Assembly: GCF_006345805.1 (NCBI RefSeq)
Contig: NC_042997.1
Span: forward strand, 82,150,001 to 82,214,000
From: Octopus sinensis
Lineage: Eukaryota
Length of the DNA: 64,000 nucleotides
Direction: 5' to 3'
In this document: one piece after another, positions 50,535-63,430 of the stretch
Position numbering within the stretch: the stretch's first letter is position 1
How the letters are laid out: every line of letters begins with the position of its first letter
The notes under the pieces: generated by a model
Told to the model about the DNA's origin: nothing
Databases searched by the model: none
Seen by the model: the letters and a program-made list of their open reading frames with translations, nothing else
Translations under genes and position numbers: made by a program

Positions 50535-51415
50535 TAGCCTGGAAAAATATGAATTTCATGGAAAAATGCGAGTAAGAGAAATAATATTCTTAAGAATATT
50601 ACAGGACAACTTATTACACTTGAAAAAGTTCAGGACAACTTACTACATCTGGTAAAGCACCGAACAAGAAACGTTTTACTTAAAATATTGCAGCTAAGGA
50701 TCACATTTGAATATTAAAAATTGTTTGATTTTAATTTACAAAGTAACATTAAAATTAAAAATTGTACCATCATTTTGTTAAAATATTGACACACTAGAAT
50801 ACTTTAGAAAATGAGAGCCAGACGTTCCAATATAGCTAAATTGTTATGCTAAGTAGAATAGTATATATGGTAGGCAAATTCATTATGTAAAATATAGGCA
50901 TTGGGACAAGACTAAAAATATGAAAACTTGGCAATAACTTAGGCAATAACTCGAGCAAATTTTACTGTAAATTTGTTGTTATAGGTAGATTTTGCCGTAA
51001 TATATAACTAATTTTTGTATTATTCTATACATTGCACTAACCAATTATGTACTATTATTTTCTATAACCTATTTTCAAATTTATAATTATTAATTAATAT
51101 ATGAAAAATGAATTTTTTTTGAAGTGCAAAAAATATTTTGAGTTATTTTTTTTATTTTTAGTAGAAGTAACAAGTAATAACAAATAGAAGTAATAAGTTG
51201 TAATAAAAAGCTAATATTTCTAAATCAAAATATTTTATTTGATATTTTAACCTAAGTTGCAATATTTAAGTAAAACTTCCCTTGTTCTGTACTTTACCAG
51301 ATGTAATAACTGTCCTGAACTTTTCCAAGTATAATAACTTGTCCTGTAATTTTCCAGGTTTATAATCTTAAGAATATTATTTCTCTTGCTCGTATTTTCC
51401 ATGTAATTCCAGATG
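50535..51415. mobile_element. Foldback/MITE-like element with ~150-bp imperfect terminal inverted repeats
   Basis: 50551-50700 is the reverse complement of ~51251-51409 (gagaaataatattcttaag, ttacaggacaa, aagttcaggaca, catctggtaaag); AT-rich core with no ORF. Confidence 0.7.
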
Positions 51416-52011
51416 CTTTTGTATCTTTGTTCTTCGGAGTTTTTTTACCTTTTAGTCAGACGATAAAATAGTGCTTATGACCTTTTACTTGGACTCCTAG
51501 ATTTGTTGGAGAGACGCACAAGATCATGAAAATTTTCGGTCAACCACTCCTGTGTCGCGATGCCGACGCGAGCTGTGGGGAGCAGAATCCAGGACCCCAC
51601 CCTTGATATATGGATTGACCGCCACATTCAACGCTTACATCGAGGTGCCAAAAACAGAGGTCTTGCAGTAGTGCGAGGATTGCATGCATGTATGTATGTA
51701 TGTATGTATGTATGTCATTATTCCGTTTTATCTCAAGATTTCTTGTTAATAGTGAAAGAATTGGTTTCTAACCAATATTCAAGGCTCCTTCACTGGAATT
51801 TCAACAACATTAACATGATATTTTTGCATGTGCGTAAAAAAGTATGTATGTCATTATTAGTTTATTTCAAGATTGCTTGTCAATAGAGAAAGGAGCGGTT
51901 TCTAACTTAGATCCAAGGCTCCTTCATTGGAATTTCAACATCAACAACAGGGCATTTTTGCTTTTATGTATGTATGTATGTATGTATGTATGCATTTATG
52001 TTTTATGTATG

Positions 52012-55000
52012 TATTCTCATGCATAAAGTTACATATCTAGACATGCTCATATATATTGTTACGGAATCACCCGTCGTCGCCCGTCCCGAACGGCTCACAC
52101 AAGTTCCGCCACGGAACCCAAAGAGGCGGAGAGAGGAGATACAGATAGATACTGCCACAACCTCAACAGCACAAAGATACAGAGGCACAACCCGAGATAC
52201 AACCCAAAGAGGCAAGGCAACAACTGGCAACACTGGCTTATATTCAAACAACAGTTTATACGACAATTACAATTGGTACAACATCAAGATACATCAAAGC
52301 ATGCACGTGACTACTCAATACATAATACAACAGCATTTCAAGAGTACAACTCAAAGCATAATACAACATCATGTAACAATTCAAGAGTACACGTCCCAAG
52401 ACAACAGTTCTTTAGAGTCTCTTCCTAAACATCACAATCAACAAGTCCTTTACTCTTCTTCTTCACAATGTCCTTTATCGACCACATCGACAGAGTCCTT
52501 GACTATTCTTCCCATGACACATATCAATGCACAAACACATACCTCAATTCCTAATTGAATCTGCCAGTGTCCCATTCCTCTCAATACTGCTAATTCCTCT
52601 GAATACTGCTAATTCCCTTATGTGCCGCCAAGCTTTCTCGCATCCAACTTGCTCCTAAGAATTCCAACGCTTGCTCCTTAAATCCAAGGTCCGTCTGTCT
52701 TCTTCGAGGACCGGCCAGCGACTGCAAGATCCGTCTGTGTTCTTCGACGACCGCTCAACGACTGCCAAGACCTCACTTCGTCTCTGTCCTTCTTCCACTC
52801 CCTCATCTCCCTCTGTACCGCTCACACCCTCTCTAACTGCCCTGGTCCCTATACTCTATCTATATCCTCAATCTGTCCCTTACTGCTTATCCTTTCTATT
52901 TGCCCTCTGCTCTTACTCTATCGCTATCGCCTACTGTCCCTTACCCTCTCCTGACAGCTCTACCATACTCTCTGCCTGTCCCTCTCTGCCCCCTCATCCT
53001 CTCTCACGACATATTCAAGGGGTGTCCAGAGCGACCCCTAATTCACCCGCACAAGGTCACAGGTCATTCCAAAACCCATTAGTCCTCCATTAGACAAAAG
53101 ACTGTCACATTTTCACCAGACATGATGGTGCCATTATTCCTATGTGGGACAGAAACACTGCACTAGTTAAACCCGTAACAATATTTAAGTCATAAACATC
53201 TGGAAACTTTTACAGATTTTTACAGTTCCACTGATGGATTGGATCTGTAGTCTTCGAATTAGCTTTCTCCTTTCTAGTTTTGAGAAGCCTAATTTCTCAA
53301 AGATGGTATTTAAGTAGTGTGCTACATATCCCAGGGTCCCTATAATTTCAGGTATAAACCTCTGAACTTGTAATTTGGATAAAGTAACAGCAGATTTCTC
53401 AATAGTTCAGCATAGGTGTTCTCTTTTTCACTGATCTTCAGCTTTATGTTAACAGCCGCTGGGCAGTTAATTTCCACAACTGTGCACAGTTTCTATTCTC
53501 TATCCCAAATCATTATATCAGGTCTGTTGTGCTTACATTTTATTGAGGTCTTCACTGGTACATTCCACCAGTATTCCTTTTTATTAGGAGTGGCTATGGC
53601 TTCTACCATATCGTGGGGTTTTCTTTCTTTGTCCTCGGGATTACCCTTCCGTCGGATTTCATTATAGAATGTCCTAGCTACAACGTCATGTCTCTTCGGT
53701 AGATATAACCGTGATGACACTTTCGGACAACTGCTTATGATGTGAGTGATATCTTCAGTGTAAACTCCACAAATTTGCATCGGTTGTCACATTTTACGGC
53801 TTTTCCTGCATCTCTATCCCTTTTGTACACCAAGTATTTGGTTGATATATCCTGTTCTTGGATTGCAGACGCATACCCTTCAAAGTGGGTGGTAGTAATC
53901 CGGCTATTCGCCCATGATAAACTGCTTTGATGATCGATGTTACTATCATCACGGAACTTTCTACTACATATCCACACATAGACTTCTGCTCATATAGGCT
54001 CATCCTTTCATCTGATGATACGTTGCGGTAGAGTCGTGTGACTTCTTTGGGCATCTATTCTGTTATCAAAGAGTGTTGCTCAAGGAGCTGCCTTCCAAGT
54101 CTTATGATGTTATCAGCCTCATGTATGCCAACTTGGTCAAGAGATGCACTTCGACACTTGGTGATTAAAAGATGTTGCCGAAAGGATATGATGCGACATT
54201 CATTTTGGATCGATGTTAAACCTCTGTCGCCTTGTTTTCGTTTTAGGTAGAGGCGATCTACGCCATTGTTTATGTGGAAATTATGTGTGCATGTTAGTAT
54301 TTTTCGGGTTTTCACATGAATAACTTGGATCTCATTAAGCGTTCAATCAAGCAATCCAAATGTTGGTATGAGTACTGACACTGCAAACACATTGTGGGCT
54401 ACTGTTTTATTGAATGCTGAGAGTTCTGAGGTCTAAATTTCCTTTATTAGGCTGTAATATTCTTTAGTGACATGTGCTTTGTTGCATGTGCCATTGCAGG
54501 ACAAATTTTCATCCACCCCTAGATACCTGAAGCATTCCTCGTGAGATCCAGGGGATACAGTCAAATCGTTGATGGAGATGTTACTAGTCAGGTTTATAGT
54601 TTTCCCCCTTTTCACAACCATATAACAACATTTATCCTGACCAAACTCCAACCCTACATCCTTTGAGAATGTTGTAAGTAGGTCAAGGCTCATTTTCATC
54701 TCATTTTCATCTCATGCATATTCTTCGCATAAAGTTTTAAGTCATCTACAAAGAAACATTGTGTAATTTTTGTATTTCTGTTTCCTTATGAACCAATGAG
54801 ATATCCTTCAGACTTCCTTAATATGAATGACAAGGGGTTTACAGAAAGTATAAACAACATCACAGAGAGGCTGTCTCATTGGAATATGCCTTTGTGATAC
54901 TGTATTCTATCGGTAATTACACAGTGACTCTTTGTGTTTAATTTCAAGATGGTGGCCCACGATGAAGTCAGGCCAGCTGTGGCTTTGACTATTCTCACTG

Positions 55001-55765
55001 GAACTTTAGCAAGTTGAAGGGCTTCTAGCATCCATGAGTGGGGATCAGAGTCAAAGGCCTTCTTGTAGTCTAGCTACATTGAAACTAGGTTCCTCCTATG
55101 CTCTCGCACAGGACATCACAGTTTTGTTGATTAACAATTGCTCGGCATATCCTCAGAGTCCCTTCTTCCCAGCTGCTTGTTCTGCTGTGATAATGTTATT
55201 GTTTCACAATGGTCCTGGAGGAAAAGGTTTAAACATGTTGTATATATCTTATACATTAAGTTCTGGCATGCAATTGGCCGCTAGTTTTTTGCCATGTGGG
55301 TGGTTCTGCATTTGGGGATCGATTTTGTCTCTGCCAGAGCTAACCAGTGTGGTATGCTGATGTTCCCAGTGAGAGCTTACTGGTACAGATTGATAAGATA
55401 TGGTCGGTAGAATGTTAGCTTCTTGTACCAAGTTCAACAACCAAGTCTCTTCCAGGTGCTTTTCCATCCTGGGGTTTCTGGATCACAGTTGCAAGAGTTT
55501 CACCATCAATGCTGTATGTCTTAGATGTAACGCAGGAGAAATAACTTCTTCGGATTTCTTCCAGCCACAGAGCATCTTGATTAAATTCCTTCTCTTCACT
55601 CCAGATTTTCCTCCAGAAGGAGTCTATGTCTTCTTGTGAAGGAGCTTCCGTAATGTTTACTACTTCTCCTCTCATGTCTCTGTATACTGCTGCCTGGTTG
55701 CGGTTAAATTTTTTGTTTATTGTTCTTCTCCCAGTCATACTATTCTGATGTCGAGGTTTTTAGCT
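52012..55765 (-). mobile_element. Degenerate R4-clade element (copy E, fourth subfamily) within (TATG)n, carrying a nested solo LTR
   Basis: KAPGRDLV, LDLLTTFSKDVGLEFGQDKC, DRLYLKRKQGDRGL, YLPKRHDVVA and HNRPDIMIWD motifs; (TATG)n on both sides. Confidence 0.8.
52057..53180. mobile_element. Solo LTR (Gypsy-like)
   Basis: TG...CA termini with an 8-bp inverted repeat tgttacgg/ccgtaaca; 4-bp TSD ATAT (52053-52056, 53181-53184); 1124 bp. Confidence 0.85.
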
Positions 55766-55906
55766 GTATGTATGTATGTATGTATGTATGTATGTATGTA
55801 TGTATGTATGTATGTATGTACTACGTATGTATAGGTATGTATGCATGAATGTATGCACGTATATTTGTATGTATATATGCAAGTACCTATATATATATAT
55901 ATATAT

Positions 55907-55950
<44 letters not shown>

Positions 55951-56073
55951 TATGTTCGGATACATATGTTATATAATTGGCTGTACTGTTAGATGCACAC
56001 GCATATATCTATATATATATAGAGACTAGAGACGAGTTAGTGGAAGATACATATATATATATATATAATATAT

Positions 56074-56130
<57 letters not shown>

Positions 56131-56232
56131 CATATATATAAACATATATATATTAATAGATGGAATAAAACATATGCATATATATAAACATATATGTACG
56201 TACCTACCTCTACATGTACATATACACGCATA

Positions 56233-56680
56233 TATGAGTACAGGACACCAAAGGGACGTCGAACACAAAGAGAAACGAAAACATGGACACAAACCAAAGG
56301 AAATGGACATTTTTTAAAAAAACAACAAAAAATGGAGTACAGGACAATTAACACAACGAAAAAACCCTTTCTTCAGTCGCTAAGGTTTCATCTACTCTAC
56401 GTTTCGAAGGATAAAAGCGAGACGTATCTTCGACAAGAAACTTTCCTTCCTGCGAAAAGCAAATCAATTAAAATTCTGAGATCTTTTCGCAGAGGGGTAA
56501 AAAATGGTAAAAAATGGTAAAAAAAAAAGGACAGTAACGACAGTACAAAAATATAAACAGTAAAAAAATATAAACAGTAAAAAAATATAACAGTAAAAGA
56601 CAGGACAGGGAAAAACAAGATAAGAAGGGCTGTTGACGCCGAACGAAAAAAGTATTGCAAACCTCATTTCTTCAGCTGAG
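56233..56680 (-). mobile_element. Probable further pLTR-type repeat with a degenerate hammerhead-like motif (56395-56439)
   Basis: UUC-UUGUCGA-A-GA...UC-GAAAC-GU-A-GAG with palindromic ACGU; adjacent to (TA)n. Confidence 0.4.
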
Positions 56681-57133
56681 TCATCGAGCTGGGGCAAAGA
56701 GAGCTAGAGAAGGTCTCGAGTATATTTGATGGACCCTTCCATAATAAAAAAAGAATTCACAACCTCCATAAATTCTGAGAGGAAATTCCCGCCAACACCT
56801 GAGAAAACTATGCAGCTTTGTTCCACAAAATTTCTTTCAAAAGCACTGTTGGATAACGTCTAGATATTTATTGTTATCTATTATCAAGTTATATCCTGAT
56901 TATGAATTTTTTTTATAAGATTTCCCTTACGTCTTTGTTATTCTCATAATACATAATTGACCTTCAGACGCCATAGTGAATTATGTGAATGCAGACAGAG
57001 TCTGACCTTCATTATTTCAATACCTTTTTATGAGCATATTCATAAAATATTTTGGCCAATGACGTAAGATTAAAAACAGAAAGAATTACTTCCTCGCTGC
57101 ATTTCAAATGCGACAAGTATCCGGTATGAATGG

Positions 57134-57141
57134 TTTAAATA
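57134..57141 (+). promoter_or_regulatory. TATA-like box of paralog 2
   Basis: Conserved with 37589-37596. Confidence 0.55.
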
Positions 57142-57195
57142 GAGGTGTTTTGCACTAAAACTTTAAGACAGACTTTCATGAAACTGGCATCGACA

Positions 57196-57301
57196 ATGAA
57201 GTGGTTCATCATAGCTTGTATATTTTTGCTTCTACTCTGCAGAAACCAATCAACTGAAGGAAATGTTATTGAAACTTTAACATTATCTGATCAAACACTT
57301 A
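57196..57301 (+). CDS. Paralog 2 exon 1: signal peptide
   Basis: MKWFIIACIFLLLLCRNQSTEGNVIETLTLSDQTL then a phase-1 donor gtgagt at 57302. Confidence 0.82.
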
Positions 57302-58124
57302 GTGAGTAATATTTTGTTTTTCTTTCATTTATCTTTCATATTACATTTAGCTATCAATATAACAATTGATTCATTTGATTTTCAAACAAACAATATGAAA
57401 GATATCACTTCGTATTTTCAAACTGCATGCCTACAACTACATTCATTATTACCCAATGTATTTTACCCATTTTTGATACGTTACAGTGTGATTCAATATT
57501 ATTCTAGTGAGTCTAGCGACCGCATAGAGGCTTTCTGTTTGTTTCGGTAGTACATAATCAAATTTCACTTTCTTTATTGAGTGTAATAGTCATAAAAGTT
57601 AAATAGTATAGTATAATAAATTAACATAAATAAGCGAAAGTATTAACTATGCATTGACCGTTAAAAATTTCTTGCGGTTACAAGACTTGTTTACGACCAT
57701 AGAATCAGCAAATCAATATCATTAATGCTGCGTCGTTTTTTTTTATCATTATGCACATCAGTACAGATCTGTTGGGAATAGCATATAAACGAATGAAATG
57801 AATCCAGCACGAGGCACTAATGACTTTGTCAATCCAATGCCAACACCGGTTAGGTCTGAACTGAACTCAGTGTGTAAGAAGACAATAATCAGCTATATCT
57901 GTTACTTTAGCACTATAACAGTTTTGCATATTTTCCAGTATCAGTGTGATGGCAATTTGACACAGAAATATTAAACTCGTGTAAAAATTTGTTGCAAAAG
58001 TTTTCTGAGTTCAAACACTGCCAGATTTGACTATATTTTACATCCACATAGTTCATAGAGACTACACTTTATCTTTGTGTCATGCTTGTGACCTTTAAGA
58101 TACACACAAGCACACACTCACACA

Positions 58125-58214
<90 letters not shown>

Positions 58215-58409
58215 TAGCACCTATTCGAATTAATCACCAAATACATTAGCCACTCTGAGAAGGTCTCTGAATGTTAAGCACATAGTCACTTCTCTTTAGA
58301 ATACCCAAAGACAGACATACATAAAACGCATGCGTTTAAAATGTGAAAGTTTATCTGAAATCATTGTCGTTTATAGGCCAGCATCCTATTTTGTTTCATT
58401 GTTTACTTC

Positions 58410-59520
58410 TTCATTCATCCAAATTGTCCGTACACTTTTCGTGGAAGGGTTGTAGCACTAGATTCCTGAGATATCTCCTCCATAAGGTTCTGTTAGAAGC
58501 AACCGTCAGTAGACCTTCCGGCTCACCTAAGACTGATCAACTGACACTATAGATATTACACACCCATCTTGTTCTTGGTCTACCTCTACGCCTCTTACCC
58601 GTTGGATCGGCTTGAACAAACTGTCTTGCGATTATTTCCTGCGACAATCTAAACACATGTCTGTTGTATTAGTGCTGTGACTCTCAATGAGGAGACGTAA
58701 AGGCTCGAACTTGAACTCCTGTCGTCTAATGTTACCTCACAGACCCTTCAAAGGAAACTCTTTTGTGGCCACTTACATTCGCGATTATATTCTTTTGGTC
58801 ACTACTCAACATTCATGACCATAGGTGAGGATAGGCATGTAACCCGAATTGAAGAAATTGAGTTTGGTCTTTTTGCTAACCTTTCCTCTCTTCTCAGGAT
58901 CGAAGGCTGGTTCTGGCGAATTCTGCGACAGTACTAGTAATTCTAAAATCCAATTCAGCCTCCGTCTTTCCATCAATCGTGATGCGGCCTCGAGTTTCCT
59001 AAACTTATCTACTTGTTCAGTGATGTTCTACCAACATAGAGAATGCGCTGGAAAAACTGTTTTGAGATAATTAATGCCTCAGTCATGGCAACACTAATTC
59101 TCATTCCTGTCTTACAAAATTTGATGGCGAACCCATTCAATGCACCCTGGAGAAAAAACTTTTTCTTTTTTGATACTTGCCACAGCAGAATTCCATTCAG
59201 AAACGTAAGATAGATGTATACAAACATCAAACTCAATGTAAAGCATAGAATCGAAGTATTAGAAGATTCAATTCATCGCCAGTTTTCTCGGATTGGTAGG
59301 TTTTCTGTGGAACCCGGTTTCATAAGGTTAGTAGCATTGTTCCAATGCCAAATTAATTTCCTCACCTGAGCGCACAGTCTTTTCGTGAGCGACACTATCG
59401 CTAACATGTCACCGTTCTGAGTATAGCTACAACTCAGCAATGTGGTACATCACCAGTAAAGGCCAAAAACACTGCCCTTCTTCTAAGTTGTAACACGACA
59501 TACTCTCCGGTTAGTCTGTC
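58410..59520 (-). mobile_element. RTE relic in paralog 2 intron, paralogous to 39790-40880
   Basis: Collinear similarity (cgtggaagggttg, ttagaagcaacc, aaaggaaactctttt, ccattcagaaacgtaagatag). Confidence 0.6.
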
Positions 59521-59815
59521 ACTTATGGAAGGATCAGAATGTCAAGAGTCGCCTTACTATTAATACACATTTCAAACTGACGTTCATGCAAAGCTGAAAG
59601 TTTACACTAGTTACATTTAAATGTCCAATGCACCCCACCAAGAAAAGAAAGAGAACAGATGTAGGTTTTTAGTAAATTATAAGTGGTACATAAATATATT
59701 AACGTCAACACGTGCAATAATAATTGTAATGAAATTTAAAGTTTAAAGGAAAAACAACATTTCAAAGATTTGTAATAACGGTGAATAATATTGTCTGCGT
59801 TAATTTTTCTTTCAG

Positions 59816-60600
59816 GAGCTAAAGTAATAGAGATTGCCAGGAAATCATGTACGAAGGAAAACGTAAGAGCGCGAAGATTTTATTTCGCTCATCCAGACAC
59901 AAGAAAGTACATTCAATGTACGGAGAGGGGTTTATTCTTTGTAATGCCGTGTGCACCGGGTACATTATGGTCACAAGGGACCTATACCTGCATTGCAGAT
60001 GTTAACATTCAACATACCAAGGCTGTGACAAAAATAGCTACGACAAACACCAAATCTACAATTAACAATCCCTGTACCAAGGAGAATATTGACGCCGGTA
60101 AATTCTATTTCGCTCATCCGAACAAAAAGTTCTTTATTCAATGTAACAAGTGGGGTACATACTTTGTAATGCCGTGTGCACCGGGTGCAATATGGTCACA
60201 AAACGCCAATACCTGTATTGCAGTTGATAGCAACGTTAACAACAACAATGTTAACAATCAACATGCCAAGGCTAAGACAGACAAGACCACGACAACCATC
60301 AAATCCACCATTAACAATCCCTGTACTAAGGAGAAAATTGACGCCGGTAAATTCTATTTCGCTCATCCAAACAAAAAGTTCTTTATTCAATGTAACAAGT
60401 GGGGTACATACTTTTTAATGCCGTGTGCACCGGGTACAATATGGTCACAAAGCGCCTATACCTGCATTGCAGATAATAGCAACGTTAACAACAACAATGT
60501 TAACACTCAACATACCGTTTCTACGACAGACAGGACCACGACAACCACCAAATCCACCATTAACAATCCCTGTACCAAGGAGAATATTGACGCCCGTTAA
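59816..60600 (+). CDS. Paralog 2 exon 2 up to the first in-frame stop (three complete 4-Cys peritrophin-like modules; ~296 aa total)
   Basis: Acceptor tttttctttcag at 59815, phase 1 in frame with ORF 59791..60600; TAA at 60598-60600. Confidence 0.72.
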
Positions 60601-63430
60601 ATCTATTTCGCTCATCCAAACAAAAAGTTCTTTATTCAATGTAACAAGTGGGGTACTTACTTTGTAATGCCGTGTGCACCGGGTACAATGTGGTCACAAA
60701 GCGCCTATACCTGCATTGCAGATGATAACAACGTTAACAACAACAATGTTAGCACTCAACATACCGATTCTACGACAGACAAGACCACGACAACCAACAA
60801 ATCCACCATTAACAATCCCTGTACCAAGGAGAATATTGACGCCGGTAAATTCTATTTCGCTCATCCAAACAAAAATTTCTTTATTCAATGTAACAAGTGG
60901 GGTACATACTTTGTAATGCCGTGTGCACCGGGTACAATGTGGTCACAAAGCGCCTATACCTGCGTTGCAGATTATAGCAACGTTAACAACAAAGTTAACA
61001 CTCAACATACCAAGGCTACGACAGACAAGACCACGACAACCATCAAATCCACCATTAACAATCCCTGTACCAAGGAGAATAGTGACGCCGGTAAATTCTA
61101 TTTCGCTCATCCAAACAAAAATTTCTTTATTCAATGTAACAAGTGGGGTACATACTTTGTAATGCCGTGTGCACCGGGTACAATGTGGTCACAAAGCGCC
61201 TATATCTGCATTGCAGTTGATAGCTACGTTAACAACAACAATGTTAACACTCAACATACCGATTCTACGACAGACAAGACCACGACAACCAACAAATCCA
61301 CCATTAACAATCCCTGTACCAAGGAGAATATTGACGCCGGTAAATTCTATTTCGCTCATCCGAACAAAAAGTTCTTTATTCAATGTAACAAGTGGGGTAC
61401 TTACTTTGTAATGCCGTGTGCACCGGGTACAATGTGGTCACAAAGCGCCTATACCTGCATTGCAGATGATAACAACGTTAACAACAACAATGTTAGCACT
61501 CAACATACCAAGGCTAAGACAGACAAGACCACGACAACCATCAAATCCACCATTAACAATCCCTGTACCAATGAGAATAGTGACGCCGGTAAATTCTATT
61601 TCGCTCATCCAAACAAAAATTTCTTTATTCAATGTAACAAGTGGGGTACATACTTTGTAATGCCGTGTGCACCGGGTACAATATGGTCACAAAACACCTA
61701 TACCTGCATTGCAGTTGATAGCAACGTTAACAACAACAATGTCAACACTCAACATACCGATTCTACGACAGACAAGACCACGACAACCATCAAATCCACC
61801 ATTGACAATCCCTGTACCAAGGAGAATATTGACGCCGGTAAATTCTATTTCGCTCATCCGAACAAAAAGTTCTTTATTCAATGTAACAAGTGGGGTACTT
61901 ACTTTGTAATGCCGTGTGCACCCGGTACAATGTGGTCACAAAGCGCCTATACCTGCATTGCAGATTATAGCAACGTTAACAACAATGTCAACACTCAACA
62001 TACCGATTCTACGACAGACAAGACCACGACAACCATCAAATCCACCATTGACAATCCCTGTACCAAGGAGAATATTGACGCCGGTAAATTCTATTTCGCT
62101 CATCCGAACAAAAAGTTCTTTATTCAATGTAACAAGTGGGGTACTTACTTTGTAATGCCGTGTGCACCCGGTACAATCTGGTCACAAAGCGCCTATACCT
62201 GCATTGCAGATTATAGCAACGTTAACAACAATGTTAAAACTTAACATACCGTTTCTACGACAGACAAGACCACGACAACCATCAAATCCACCATTAACAA
62301 TCCCTGTACCAAGGAGAATATTGACGCCGGTAAATTCTATTTCGTTCATCCAACAAAAATGTCTTTATTCAATGTAACAAGTGGGGTACATACTTTGTAA
62401 TGCCGTGTGCACCGGGTACAATGTGGTCACAAAGCGCCTATACCTGCATTGTAGATGATAGCAACGTTAGCGACAACAATGTTAACACTCAACATACCGA
62501 TTCTACGACAGACAAGACCACGACAACAAACAACTCCACCATTAACAATCCCTGTACCAAGGAGAATATTGACGCCGGTAAATTCTATTTCGCTCATCCA
62601 AACAAAAAGTTCTTTATTCAATGTAACGAGTGGAGTACATACTTTGTAATACCGTGTGCACCGGGTACAATGTGGTCACAAAGCGCCTATACCTGCATTG
62701 CAGATGATAGCAACGTTAACAACAATGTTAACACTCAACATACCGATTCTACGACAGACAAGACCACGACAACCACCAAATCCACCATTAACAATCCCTG
62801 TACCAAGGAGAATAGTGACGCCGGTAAATTTTATTTCGCTCATCCGAACAAAAAGTTCTTTATTCAATGTAACCAGTGGGGTACATACTTTGTAATGCCG
62901 TGTGCACCGGGTACAATGTGGTCACAAAGCGCCTATACCTATTTCTTTACTACCCACAAGGGGCTAAACACAGAGGGGACAAACAAGGACAGACAAACGG
63001 ATTAAGTCGATTACATCGACCCCAGTGCGTAATTGGTACTTATTTAATCGACCCCGAAAGGATGAAAGGCAAAGTCAACCTCGGCGGAATTTGAACTCAG
63101 AACGTAGCGGCAGACGAAATACCGCGAAGCATTTCGCCCGACGTGCTAACGATTCTGCCAGCTCGCCGCCTTTTCTGCTGCATTGCAGATGATAGCAACG
63201 TTAACAACAACAATGTTAGCAATCAACAGACCATAGCTACGACTGGGGGAAACCCCGAACACCACCAAATCCACCATTAACAATCCCTGTACGAAGGAGT
63301 ATTTTACCGCTGGTAAATTTTATTTTCACTTCCAAATAAAAATTTATTTATTCAATGTACAGAATTCGCTACATACTTTGTAATGCGTGTGCGGAAGGAA
63401 CATGGTGGTCACAAAGGACATATGCATTGA
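59836..63430 (+). repeat. Coding tandem array, 246/249-bp unit (82-83 aa), ~14 modules
   Basis: NPCTKEN units start at ~60067, 60316, 60565, 60814, 61060, 61309, 61558, 61807, 62053, 62299, 62547, 62793 and 63283, plus a divergent first module. In-frame TAA at 60598 and 62242; frameshift near 62352. Confidence 0.95.
62941..63172 (-). mobile_element. tRNA-derived SINE (Nin-domain-like family) inserted in the coding array
   Basis: Minus-strand head aaggcggcgagctggcagaatcg ... gagttcaaattcc and central gactttgcctttcatcctttcggggtcga; splits cctatacct|gcattgcag of one repeat unit. Confidence 0.85.

Noticed and set aside
51974-53093. 194-aa and 140-aa ORFs
   Set aside because: They fall largely within the solo LTR and have no recognisable domain.
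60176-62895. Periodic 63-80-aa ORFs in alternate frames and on the minus strand; CRISPR-like periodicity
   Set aside because: Shadows of the 246/249-bp coding repeat. There are no unique spacers and the context is eukaryotic, so this is not a CRISPR array.
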